Below are positions 16,630-33,632 of a DNA stretch of 64,000 bases, one piece after another. The stretch comes from Blastocystis sp. Blastoise. Its lineage: Eukaryota; Protista; Bigyra: Opalinata. Each line of letters starts with the position of its first letter. Position 1 is the first letter of the stretch. Location: contig JBBPEB010000013.1 of the NCBI GenBank assembly GCA_039096225.1, forward strand, positions 1,798,001 to 1,862,000. Direction: 5' to 3'. The translations under genes and the position numbers were made by a program. The notes below the pieces were generated by a model. It made no database searches and had not been told where the DNA came from. It worked only from the letters and a program-made list of their open reading frames with translations.

Positions 16630-17877
16630 ATATATATATAATAATGTAATTTATAGAATATTTATAAATATGTTTTATAATATTATTCTATTATGATCGA
16701 TATTATTATTATATATATATCATACTTTTATTAGAATATTCTTATTTATTATTTGTGAATATCAATCTAAATTATAATTATATATAATAAATTTATAATT
16801 ATTTATAACTATATATTTATTTTATTTTATGTATTATATATATGTATTATCTATTATTCTATTTTATTCTATATACATTCTATTTATCGAATTTGAAATA
16901 TTATTTATTATATTATATATTATTTATTATATTATATATTATATTATATATTGAATATAATATAAATATAATATAAATATAATATAAATATACTTTATAA
17001 TTTCTATATATATTTTCTTCTTTAATATGCTATATATATTATTATATATATTAATTTCCTTTGTTTTTTATTGTGTTTTCTTGACGTTCTCTTTTTCTTC
17101 TTTTTTCTCCTGTTATATTGCTATATACATTTGCTATTGTATCATCTATATACATAACAATATATAACTATAACTATCTTATTATATATGTATACATTTA
17201 TATATATATATTTCTCATTTTTTTTTATTATTTGAGATGTCTACGTGTTCTTATTTCATATATATATATATAATCACTCTCTATTCTCTTTGTTCTATTA
17301 TTCCTTTTTTTTTATTTGTATTATTAAATTATAGCGCTTATAAAGAGCTATTTCTTTTTTTTTCGATTTATAATTTTTTATTTGTGTTTTGTTATTCTTT
17401 TTTTAAGAATTATATATTATCATTAATATGTCCATTTTGGACTTTTTGACATTTATGAATGACTATTTATATTTTTGAATCTAATTTATTTTTAGTTTAT
17501 AAAATTATAATTGTATATAGTTTTTATCAACCATTTTGATGGTGGAATACAAATTTATTTTATATAAAAAGCAAATAAAACAGACTATTATGTTAAAAGA
17601 AATTAAATAGGATATAATGAATAATAGATAGTAGGAGAATGAACGATATATAGAAAGACGTAATGATGTTCGTATTTTCTTTGCTATATCCTATTCCATT
17701 TATAGTATATACTTTATGAATGTCATTCACAGTAAATAAGTCAATAAAAAACCATAGAATATTAAAACATATAGAATAAACATATAAAACAATTATGGGA
17801 AACATATATATACATATATTAACAAAAAATAAAATGAATAAAAAGAGTTTGTTTAAAAAAAGTGAAAAATAATAAAT

Positions 17878-19979
<2,102 letters not shown>

Positions 19980-20132
19980 TTCTTTTTGAAGCCAAGAATA
20001 AAAACTAGAATCACGTCTTTTTTAAAAACTACAGTCATTTCAAAGAAATTCCCAATGTTTTCTTTTTCATTTGATTAATAAAAAATTCTTTTTATATATT
20101 ATTGATTAAAAGTTTGTTTATCAATCTATTTC

Positions 20133-20836
20133 ATGTCTGGTATATCTCTAATTTATAAATACATTACATTCTGTATTCTATTAAGAAAAAACTGCTGAAC
20201 CTCAAGGTGTTGATATTACATCCTTAAATCCTCAACAACTTGTAACACTTCAAAATCAAGTTGAAAGCGAAATGACTACTTTTGCGTCAAACTTTAAACA
20301 GTTGAAACTAGCTGAAGGTTTTTTCAAAAGATCTCAATTCGCTTTGAATTGTATGAAACCAGAGAATCAAGATCATGAAATAATGATACCTTTAACAACT
20401 TCAGTATATGTTCCTGGAAAAATAGAAGACATAGATCATTGTCTTGTTGGAGTAGGTACTGGTTATTTTGTAGAAAAAACAATTCCTGAAGCTTCAGACT
20501 TTTTTACAAGAAAAGTATTTATTTTATTAGTATAAAATTATGTTTTTATCTGAAATTTATTTTTATTGAATAAAATTATGTTATTGAATAAAATTATTTT
20601 AAATAAACATATGTATAGATTGAAATGGTACAGAAAAATGAAAGTACTGTTGAAAAACTAATTGATGAAAAGAGACGTGCTCTTGAAGTTATTATTGGTG
20701 TATTTATATTATTTTTATTCTTTTATACATAAAATATTCTATTATTATTATTTTATATCCTATATATATTTATATCGTATAGTATCGTAATGCATTAACC
20801 AAGGAATTAGCTAAGGCTCAAACTCAAAAACAATAA
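20133..20836 (+). CDS. PFDN5: Prefoldin subunit 5 (alpha type), 4 exons
   Basis: VDITSLNPQQLVTLQNQ..IMIPLTTSVYVPGKI..CLVGVGTGYFVEKT..FFTRK. Confidence 0.92.
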
Positions 20837-20864
20837 ACTTATAAATTATTTTGTGCTTTTTTTT

Positions 20865-20872
20865 TGTTTGTT
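20865..20872 (+). promoter_or_regulatory. TGTTTGTT, candidate polyadenylation element after PFDN5
   Basis: Exact motif about 30 nt after the TAA. Confidence 0.45.
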
Positions 20873-21179
20873 CATATGTATCTAGTAGTTTTTTTTTAAA
20901 TATTGACAAGTGATAAAACATTATTTTTATTTCTTAAATCCTACGTTTACAATGAAATGTACTAATTAACTGATTGATCAGAGATCTAGGATAATAGGGA
21001 GATAAAACGAATCTAGATGAAACCTATGCGAATATAGCATACTATAAGCACTGATTAAGATATTAAGAAAAAGAATTAATTACAACAATACTAGAATGAG
21101 CAAAATATATTATTATTTATGATTTTTAAAATAGATGAATAAATAGAACAAATGAATTATAAAATAAAATATTCAAAGA

Positions 21180-21371
21180 TTAGTCGAGTTTCTTAGGAAT
21201 TTGGGGAATGTAAGCTTTGTTGCTGTATTGATTGGTAGGTAAGCCTAATCTACGACGAATAGGAACAACGACAACAGGCATAACGAAAGCAGTAATACCT
21301 AAAGCGATACCAGCCCAAGCAGCTGGTTCTCTATCTAAGAGTACTCTCATGGAATTCATAAAGAAGCTCAT
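21180..21371 (-). CDS. 63-aa single-TM protein, complex I accessory subunit NDUFA3/B9/NI9M-like
   Basis: MSFFMNSMRVLLDREPAAWAGIALGITAFVMPVVVVPIRRRLG: the [RK]EP..hydrophobic helix..VVPPIR.RLG pattern of fungal 9.5-kDa subunits; highly expressed codon usage. Confidence 0.65.
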   Translation of the reverse strand: MSFFMNSMRVLLDREPAAWAGIALGITAFVMPVVVVPIRRRLGLPTNQYSNKAYIPQIPKKLD

Positions 21372-21910
21372 TGTGAAATGATGTTCGATACAATTAAACG
21401 AATGAAGATAAGAATCGTCTACTGAAAATCTCTTGTTTCTCAAATAACAGAAATTATTTGTTTCCATCATATCCCCGTGGGATTTTCAAGTCAATTAGTC
21501 AGTTTTTTGAATTCGTAAATTTATTTTTTATTTTGATATAATCTGATGAATAAAGATGTTTGAATAGAATTGAGTATATTGAATGTAATGTAAATTTTAT
21601 TGGATAGACTAGGAATGCATTTGGTTTCAGTTTATCGAATATATATAGAGAGAATTAAGTCAAAAAATGTTCTAAAGTGTATTTATCTTGCTATATTAAA
21701 ATAAGAAAATATTGTCTTATCATAATTAATAAAATATTGTCTTATCATAATTAATAAAATAGGAATTAAAAACAAAAAACATGGAAACTCACAGATACAA
21801 ATACTTATGAAAACCCATTTCAATTCAATATATAGAATTCCATTAATATGAAAATGATATAGAAGAAAATAAAAAAATTTAAATAAAAAAAAAGTTTCGA
21901 ATAGTCTTTA

Positions 21911-23702
21911 TTACTTTGGATGATGAACTAATCTGCATCTTCTGCCATATTTACAATATCCATTTATGAAATCTTGACATAAATTTCTATTTCGTTTGCT
22001 TTTATCTCCTTTAGAATATTCAATTTGATCATTTTCATGATTCATTCCTTTTTTGTTTTTATAACTATTATTTTTTGTATCATTTGTAAATACACGTTTT
22101 TGCGATTTTGAAACATCATGAGATGATGAAGAAGAATTTGTATTCTAAAAATATATATTTATATAATAATAATAATAATGAATATTATTATTATATATAT
22201 ACTTCTTTAATTGGTTTATTAAGATCGACTTTACCGCCACGTGATGGAACTGGACCCATTTTATAATTTGTAACGGAAAGTGGAGTTTGTACGGTGTGAC
22301 ATGCTTCATCTATGCTGCTTAGTAACTATAATAAGTTTTTTAAAAATATGAAATATATATGAACATGTAATCAAAAAATAAAATTAAATTCAATAAATAT
22401 ATATATACATTAATTCTTGCTTGAAAAATAGAATCTAATGATAATATATTTAATTGAGGTATAAATTGTTGTTTATACATATTAATAATTGTCTGTATTT
22501 CATTTATATATTGTTTTTTAGACCATGTTAATGACAATAATGTTACTTCTAATCTCTATATATAAATAAATAGATTTAATTAATATAAATAAATAGATAT
22601 AATTAATATAAATATATATATAATTATTATATATATATAAATATAATTAATATAAATAAATAGATATAATTAATATAAATATATATATAATTATTATATA
22701 TATATATAAATATAATTAATATAAATAATATAATAATAAAATACTAATAATATATATAAATAATATAATAATATAATAATATTATATATAAATCATATAA
22801 ATAATATAATAAATAATATAATAATATATACTTGATAAAGGAGTTGTTTTCTAATAAAAGTATCTTCAGCTAGTTGATTATTTAGTATATTTATATAGGA
22901 TATCATAGAATTTGTGTATTGATTTTTATTTAATAATAACGGTGTAGATGACTTTAATTATATATTATTTATAAATATAATAAATATAATATTAATATAA
23001 TATAATATAATATTAATAAAATATAATATAATAAATATAATATAAACACAAAAAACAGATAATAAAAAACATAATATAATTAAAATAATAATACATACAT
23101 ATAAGTAATTTAATAATGAAGAAAGAATGTCGTTTGAACTTATATATATATTATTTTGTGAAGAATTAGAGAAATATTTCGTTAATGAAGATATTTGATT
23201 GTCGATTGTATTAAACATACACTTTTGAGTCGTTGACGATTGATGTTTCTTTTGAGCTATAATAGAAAACTACGCAATAATATATTACATTAACACAAAA
23301 AAGAATATATATATACTTGTAATTCACTCACTAAGAAATCTATAGTCTGTAAGTATTTCATTGTCGACATAAGATCGACATCATATAATCTATATTCATC
23401 AAAATTAGTAAATTTTTAATTTAGATATACCCTCTATCTGTAGAAAATTTGAATGGATCTAAATAAGAACCTTGAAGTGTATCATCATGAACATCTTCGT
23501 AATATAAGATCTATAATTCATATGAATTCATATCTAAGAGAAATACCTTTTGAATTAATGATGTTGTAATCAAATGAAAGCAATCTAGTGAGTGATCATC
23601 GAGATTCACAAAGTTATCTTTGACTAATAATGGCATATCTATATTCATCACACCTAAGCGATACCGAATCTCATTTATCAGTTTCTCTATTATAGTATGC
23701 AT
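21911..23702 (-). CDS. FAM98: FAM98 (DUF2465)-like protein with C-terminal CCCH zinc finger, 8 exons
   Basis: ILNNQLAEDTFIRKQLLYQ|RLEVTLLSLTWS and YKMGPVPSRGGKV match FAM98 motifs; ends LCQDFINGYCKYGRRCRLVHHPK*. Confidence 0.8.
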
Positions 23703-24437
23703 TGAAGAAAAAATTTAAAAAATATGTTGTATTCGTTATTTCTTTCATTTTGTATAATTATTTTTATTTAACAATAAATCATAATCAGTAATATCGAAAT
23801 GTTGAAAAATATATTTTATATATATCTTAAACTACAAAATTATGATTGACTCTTTAAACTGACAGTAATAAAATGATAATTTTTATTATGTTTATATCAT
23901 AGTAATTATACAGACAAATCTACATATAAAATGAAGACGAAATAAAAAGAGAATTGAAGACGATCTCAACATTCGTGAATCCAAAAGAATCTCTAAAGAA
24001 TAAAGAGAAACACTTGAAGAGAAGATTAATAATTTTCATAATTGTTTATTTGTTTCCCTAATAATATACTAAGAATTGTAGAATTTGATCTTGGTATTTG
24101 ACAAATCGTGTCTGATTTAATTCTTTTTAAGTTAAAAATTAGACTGTTCAAATAATTTTGATACGTCGAAAGATTCTCTTCATATAGTGTTTTTAGTGTA
24201 TTCTACAAAAATAAAGTATTACTAAAAGAAAGAAAGTATAAATGAAATTGATTCTATATGATTGGTTAATAAAGTGAATTCTTCAATTTGATTGATAGAT
24301 ATTTATAGCCATCGAGTCAAACTACAAATATATAAAAACAGAAGGAAAACCATTTGACATCCAAGAAAATGTTCGATTTTCTAAATTTCTTTTTTAATTG
24401 AGTTTATCTATAGTTTTTTAATAAATTAAGAATATAA

Positions 24438-27005
24438 ATGAAGCGGTATTGCTCAGATTATCCTAAGATAGAGTCTATTGATTCAGTGAACGCCTGTAAT
24501 CTTGATCGGTTTTTGAAAGATAGTATTGATGGTGACGAAAAGTTGAATTTAGTTGTCGTTGACGATAATGAGGATACTATAGATATCTTCCGTAATTATA
24601 TTGACAGTCATGAATATGATGGTACTTATTATTTTGTTGGTTGTAGCGAGATTCTTAGTCAGTATAAACAATGGTTTAAGATTTTCAAAGACATCCAACC
24701 ATTCTATGGTATCTAGATATGAATTACTTGTTTTTCTATATGTTTTTCTACAGCTGTCAAGTGTAATCCTGAACAAGCCATTGTACGTTTGATGTCCACT
24801 TTCCCAAATATGTGCTATGACTGTGCTAGTCCTGCAGAATTACAAAGCGTTTTCAATACAGGTCTTGGTCCAGAACGAACAATTTATGCAAATCCAATTA
24901 AAGTATTTATTTATTTTTTGTTAATTAATTAATTAATTTATTTATTTATTTATTATATATTTTATTTATATATTTTATTTATTTATTATATATTTTATTT
25001 GTTATTTATATATATATATTATTTATTTATTATGTATTTCATTTATTATTTATTTCTTTATCAATTAATTAATTTATGTTTTGAAATTATAAAATATAGA
25101 TTATTTAAAAACTTTTTTTATTATTAAAATTGATAATAATAGAATGAGTACTCTATATGATATATATCTAGTCAGCCGAAGGTATTCGTTATATGCAGAA
25201 GCATAATGTAATGGTATCTACTATTGATTGTGTCGAGGAATTAGAAAAGATGTTTGCACTTCTTGGAAGTTCTTTTTGTGAATTTAAACTTGTTATTCGT
25301 TTATGGGTTGATGATAGGTATATATATATGTAATTTTGTTTATATTATTTTATTTTATATAGTTATATTTATTATATTCTATTATATGGTTTTATACTTT
25401 TTTTATAATATATTTTATTATGTATAATTATATTTATTTTATTGTTATATATATATATATTTTATTTTATTATTTTATACATGAATTTTTTGTCTTTTTA
25501 AAGTTATTATTATAATTATTTGATTTATGAATATATACTAAATGACAATAATGAATTATATATATATAGTCATTCCTCTGTTCCTTTAGGTTCAAAATTC
25601 GGTGCTCACATTTCTGAGATTCCCGCGATTATGGCTAAGATCCAGGAGTATAATGGTCAATATATCGGTGTGTCATTCCACGTGGGAAGTGGTTGTAGTG
25701 ACGGATATGCTTATGATAATGCTATTCATACGGCCTCAGATGTATATCTATAGGTTATTATTATGTTTATTATTATGTTTATTATGTTTATTATTTTTAT
25801 TATTATTTTTTTTTTATTATGTTTATTATTATTTTTATTAATTTTTATATTAATTCTATTATTATAATTAATAAAAATTGTTATAATAAATATATATACT
25901 ATATTCTATTATTTAACATAATGAATAACATTAAATCTATATCTATTCATTATAATAGGTAGCTGCAATAGCACGTGATTATGGTTATGACACAACGTTT
26001 CTCGACTTAGGAGGTGGTTGGAGTGGATGGTTAGAATCAGAACATAATAGTGAGTTACAAGAACGTTCAGAGATTGTAAGAAATGCTATTAAGAAATATC
26101 ATTTAGAAGGAGTTGAAGTAATAGCAGAACCAGGACGTTTCTTTGTAGATCGAAGTATACATATGTGTGTAACTATAGATCGAAAAATACTGAATAAAGA
26201 ATCTTTTAATAATACAGATCAAATAGAAGAAGGTCAAATTATACCTACATTTAAGAATGGATCTCCTATTGCTCCTAAATATAAAGTATATGAGAATCAT
26301 AGTGATTTCTTTATAAAGAAAGATATTATATATCAGTTGGGAGAGGGATACGAAGGAGGTTTTAAAGACCGTTGCTTATGTGACAAATTATTCTCTTGTC
26401 AACCTTTATTTGTCAATATTAATAAACATATAGCAAAGAGAACAGTTGACTCTCAACGTAATAAACCTATTTATAATTGTCTTCTTGTAGGACCCTCAGA
26501 AAATAGACAAGAAATTAGTATATACATATATTTGTTATTATATATAATTATGTTTTTTTATTTATTTGTTCATTCTTTTTTAGTAGTTCATAAATATGTG
26601 TTTTATTGATATTAATATTTTTTATCATTCTGTATGTTTCTATTATTTTTAATTTTTTAACATTCTATATCAAGTATTATGTTGTTATATATTTTGTTAT
26701 ATATATGTTGTTATATATATATTCACTATATATTCACTATATATTCACTATATACTCTATATACACATTATATTCACTATATATACAATAAATATCCTAT
26801 ATATCCTTTATAAATAGTTAATGACAATTCCCCTTTACCTCTTCTTCCTAATGGTGATTGGCTGGTATTCCCAAATCAAGGGTCTTATACGATGTCTATA
26901 TGCACAAAACAAGTCAGACAGGGACAAAGAATTGTATTCTTTATACGTAGAAATACTATTTCGGATGAAATGTATCAGTATTATTTAAATCATTATAAAG
27001 ACTAA
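24438..27005 (+). CDS. Ornithine decarboxylase-fold (PLP type IV) protein, paralog 1, 6 exons; divergent active site
   Basis: PFY|AVKCNP, YDCAS, IYANPIK, SKFGA, GVSFHVGSG, FLDLGGG, IAEPGRFF, GSYTMS. Confidence 0.9.
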
Positions 27006-27755
27006 TTTATTAGATAATTACTTTTTGATAAAAATAATTTATAAATATATCGTTTTTCTATCTTTTGGTATCTATTTGTTTCTATGTTATTTATGCTCTT
27101 ATTTATAGTTACTCTTTATTCTATTAGATAGCAATTCTACTCTTTTCTCTTTTCTTATTTTTTTTATTCATTTATTTATAATAAATATATTTTCATTTTT
27201 TTAAAAGTATTTTTTCCTATTTAGTATATTTTTTTATGTATCTAAAAAAAATTTATTTATTATCTATTTTTAAAAACTTTAACACATGTATATCATTATG
27301 TAATTAGAGAATCATATCATTTTAAAGCATTTTTATTTTCTATATTTTATTTTTAATTCTCTTCATTATATTCTACTGGTAATATTTGTTGAACTACTTA
27401 TCATGTTGTTGATATTCTTATTCAATTTGTAAAATCGAATATATATTAAAGTTACTTGTGACAAGAGTGTATGATTTAAGCTAAAATGATCGGTTAACTT
27501 GCCATTTTGTAAAGATATCACAAAATGTTGTAGATATTTTAATACTTTATATAATGAGTATTCATGAACACAACCATATCATGAATGTTCTCACATTCTT
27601 TATCATATTTATTTCTATATTGCTATTAAATGAGTAATAAATTAAAAATCATTAAAAAAATGAATATTAGCAGAGAATCAGACAAAATAGTCGCAATTAT
27701 TCTTTTTAATACATTATTTATATTTTATTAATTTACAATAGGAAAACTAGACGAT

Positions 27756-28551
27756 ATGGCTGAATATGAAGTTGATGTTCCTGTATATCTGAATAGTTTA
27801 TTCACAAATACTATAAATTTAGTTAAGAGAACAAGATAAGAATGAAATCATTAAATTTTCAAAGAATTTAAGAGAACTTGCTGATGTAAAATTAAGTATA
27901 GAAACCGTAGAAGTATATAGATAATATTTATAATTATGTTTAATAAAGTTCACTCCAATGGTTTATTAATATGTATTTTTTTAAATAAAAAAGTCTTCAG
28001 TTATTAAAGGATGCTTCTGAAGAAATTATTTTAGTTGATGAAGAAGAAGGCAGCTTGAAGTATTTTTTTTCTTTTTGATTTATTTTTATGTTAATTGTTT
28101 ATTAATATTGGAATTAGGTTTTATTTTATTATTATTTATATTATTTTTCTAATAATAATAATAAATAATAATAATTGATGATATTCAAGATTTTATTTTA
28201 TTATTTACGCTTTTTTTCTAATAATAATAAATAAATACTAATTGATGATATTCTAGGTTATGTTATGGAGATGTATTTGTAGATTCTACTTCGGATGAAG
28301 TTGAGAACTATTTAGAAGATAAAATATCTCTTGAAGAAACCAAATTGAAAGAATTTAAAGAAGAAAAAGGTCAACTTGAAGATTCTATTAAAGTATATTG
28401 ATATTTTTTTTTTATTTTTATAAAATCAATAATCATGTTTATTCTATTTATTTGTATGATCTATTTGAGAGTAATTAAATAATACTGATATATTTAGAAA
28501 ACAAAACAAAGACTTTATGCTCGTTTCGGTAATTCTATTAATTTAGATTAA
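27756..28551 (+). CDS. PFDN4: Prefoldin subunit 4 (beta type), 5 exons
   Basis: QDKNEIIKFSK..LKDASEEIIL..YGDVFV..KQRLYARFGNSINLD*. Confidence 0.9.
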
Positions 28552-28953
28552 GTATAATTATGTTTTCTATTAACATACTCTTAAATAATTTGAACAAATT
28601 TGTTAAGCTTGTATATTTTTAATAATATATATATATATATATTATTAATCATTTATTTTTTTATAACAAATGTGTAAAACACAACACCATTAAAGGATAG
28701 AATTGATACATATATATAATTAAAAAAGTAAATACCAATATAACATAGAAAATAATATATTTATTCCATAAACAATGACGGATATAAAAGGAATAAATTA
28801 TGAATAAAAATAAAATAATAATAAATATTATTCTAAAAGAGAAGTTTGGCTTTAACAATAAAAAGAGAAATCATATTGAATAGTATATAGAAACAAAAAA
28901 ATGGAAAACAAAGGATTCTCTTTTTATTATTGATTTATAATAAACAATAAAGT

Positions 28954-29632
28954 TTATAAGTTGTGTTTAGCACAATATTCAGGAGAAAGAGAAGATTTAC
29001 GTATATAGAAGATATAGTCTTGAGTTTCTCTAGCATATTTAGAAGATTCACTCATAGTATATGCACCCATATTCTTCCAAATAGTAAGATCTCCAGGAGT
29101 AAGTAAAGGTAATTGAACGTTAGTTTTCAGAACATCTTTTATATGACCAGAAGGACCAATAATATCAGAATTATAAAGTGTTGAATCGTGTTTAGTTTGT
29201 GTTAATACTTCTACAGAATACTCAATATCACTAAGGAAATGTTCTTTAAATCCACCAAAGATACCTTCTCCTAAAGTATATAATACCTTATTATTAGGAT
29301 AATGTTTCACATTAACAATAGGAGCAACAAGAGTAATAGAATGATCATTGAAATAACGGCCAGGTTCTGAAATTAACATCAATTCATCTTTATTAAATTG
29401 ACATTCTTTTAAAGTCTTCATAACAACTTCAGCTCTACCAGGTAATTCTTGAGGATCTTCTGAAGGCAATATACCACTCCAACCACCCCCTAAATCTATC
29501 ATTCGAGGAGAATAACCTACTTTAGCACACATATCAAAGATCAACAGGAAATATAGATGTTATATATAGGATTCTTATATAGAATTTATAATTAAAAAAA
29601 TGTTCATATATAGAGAAAAATAACATTATTAA

Positions 29633-29718
<86 letters not shown>

Positions 29719-29988
29719 TAATAATAATAATAATAATAATCAGCATAATAACCGTGATTATATACCATTCGAACGCTTTCAAGAGCTCCTTTATAAGCAA
29801 TAGAATCATGACACCCACTTCCTACATGGAAAGATACACCCACAATACTACCGCCATATTCCTTGATCTTATTAATAACACCGGGCATCTCATCCAATTG
29901 AGCACCAAATTTACTACCTAAAGGATTCGAGGAATGACTATATATATATATTGAAATACTTATTATATATATATAAAATCGTTTAAAA

Positions 29989-30019
<31 letters not shown>

Positions 30020-30755
30020 AAAATAAATAAAAAATAAATAAATAAATAAATAAATAAATAAAAAATAATATACCTATCATCGACCCAAGTACGAACAACT
30101 AATTTACATTTCTTGAAATCATCACCTAAAATATTATACATCTTTTCGACTTCTTCTTCACAATCCACAGTACTACACCATACGTTATGATCACGGAAAT
30201 AACGAATATTATCAGGAGATTTAATGGTATTAGCATAAATAATATGATTCTCAGGAACTCCTCTCTTTAAAACAGTAGCGATTTCACCAGGACTAGCACA
30301 ATCAAAACACATATTAGGGAAAGTAGACATTAAATCAGCAATAGTATCTTGAGGATTACATTTAATAGCTATATATATAATATATACATATAGACAATAG
30401 TATACTTGATAAAAAGAAATAATAATAGACATAAAAACTGAAGATAAAAGAAAAAGAATAAAAAAAACACGTCAAATAAAAACATACCATAATAAGGTTG
30501 AATGATCTTGAATGTTTGATACCAATATTTATATTGAATCAAATAATCAGAAGCACTAATGAAAAAAGCAGTATGATGAGTCTTATGTTCCGTAACATAT
30601 TTCTTACAAATATCATCAATAGATATATCATCATCTACAACTAATGCTTCAGGATGCATTTCAGCGAATTTATCTAAATAAAAGTTCTGTACGGTTTCAT
30701 TATCGATTACACCAGTAAGAGAGGTGAATTCTTCAAGTTCTTGCTTGTGCTGCAT
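28954..30755 (-). CDS. Ornithine decarboxylase-fold protein, paralog 2, 4 exons; divergent active site
   Basis: PYY|AIKCNP, FDCAS, IYANTIK, SKFGA, GVSFHVGSG, IDLGGG, ISEPGRYF, MGAYT; three intron positions shared with paralog 1. Confidence 0.9.
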
Positions 30756-31977
30756 TTCTATATCAATGGATTAAGTAAACTCAAATACTGTCAACAAACT
30801 AAATACTTTAAGTTTATAGTTTTTCTTATAGTTTAAGGTACATCAATTCAAAAAGAAAAACATCAACAACATTTGTTTCCATTCAAAAGAGATGACTGAA
30901 TCTAATGAAATTTCCTTGATTAATTTCCTTGATTTCTCTATAATTCACTTTTTTTCCCAAAATATAATAAATTCACATTCGATTCGACTCAATCATTTAA
31001 AAACTTCAAATAACCTCAATTATATCTCAAAATTGAGTCATTTTGTTGAATCCATCGTCATTCATGGGAATGCAGTAGAGAACCTAATCGATATTTCATT
31101 GGATTTTTAAAGGTATTCATATTTATGGAAATTCTCCAATCAATAAAGAACCACAAAAAAATAACCGAAGTTCTTTGTAATTCTCTCCTTTTTAGTCATG
31201 ATTTCTTCTTTTTTTAGTAAAATAGATCATCCCTTTTTCTGTCATCATAGATAAATATCTTTCAGAACTGAAACTTTGCTATCTTCTAAAGCACTATCTT
31301 CTTGGATCTCTTTGAACACAATTACTGTAAGAGGACAACTTTTTCATATTGTCTACACTGATTAGCTTCATATCTATTAATAAAACTACCCCTATACTTT
31401 GACATATAGTTATGAAACAACTATAGGGTATATGAAGTGTTCTTTTGATTCTTATTTCGTTATGTTTTTAGAAAATTAGACTAGCTTAATAATAGCCATA
31501 TATCTTTGCTATTTTATGAAATAAACAGCCGTCTCATATATATGATTGCTGCTATTTATTTGATTTGAGCATTGAAGATAGTTATTCCTTTTGAAATGCT
31601 TTGTTTGGAATAAAATCAAACTGTATATCTGTTATACAATAATAGTAGCTTGGATTTAACTGGAATTTCTATAAATAATTGAAATGAATATGAACACATT
31701 GGACATGTTTTTTGTTTTCATCTTTTATAGTTTATCGGAAATAGTTTATTTATTAATCAGCATTCAACTAGATATTATAAGTTCACTAACAAGACAAAAC
31801 AATGCATATATTATAAACTGTAAATGTTTGTCCAATATAGAATTATTACTTGAATAATAAAGCTTTTCATGCTATGTTAAGTATCATAGACTCATAAATT
31901 ATCAGAAAAAATAAGTAACACAAGTTTCTAATATATTTTTTATCAAATCTCTTTTAACTTTTTTCTTTATTTTTGAT

Positions 31978-33137
<1,160 letters not shown>

Positions 33138-33632
33138 ATATTATTAAAATATATATATATATATATATTTTTACAAATAGTTGTTTAATTACGGTTACAA
33201 CAATTTCTTTTATAATGATTTCAGTTACAAATATATTTTAATATTTTTTAAATTGGTTTATAAATATTATCTCTTTACTTTGTTTAACCTTTTTTTTATT
33301 TATTACATACTTAGTTTTGATATTAATAAATTCAATAATAACGATTATTCAAGTGGTTATATATTCATAAGATCAAATAACATATATATCTATAAAACTT
33401 AATAAAAAAATTTTGAACAAAAAATTAATACCTTATAATCGACTCTCTATACGGTTTTTAAAAGATGTCTCAGTCGAAATTCTCCAATAAAAACGTTGAT
33501 TTTTAAACGAATCTTTTTCTTTGAACCGAATTCATTTTTAAAAAATTCTAAATTTCATTTGTTCTCGAATTAAAACGATAACAGAAATATCTATTTCTTG
33601 GATTTAATATATTTATTTTGTTTTTATTAAAA

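Noticed and set aside
20133-28551. Two prefoldin subunits 7 kb apart as a functional cluster
   Set aside because: They are separated by unrelated genes; proximity is plausibly chance
24438-30755. Antizyme-type +1 frameshift associated with the ODC genes
   Set aside because: Frame changes are all explained by introns, and no antizyme-like ORF pair was seen
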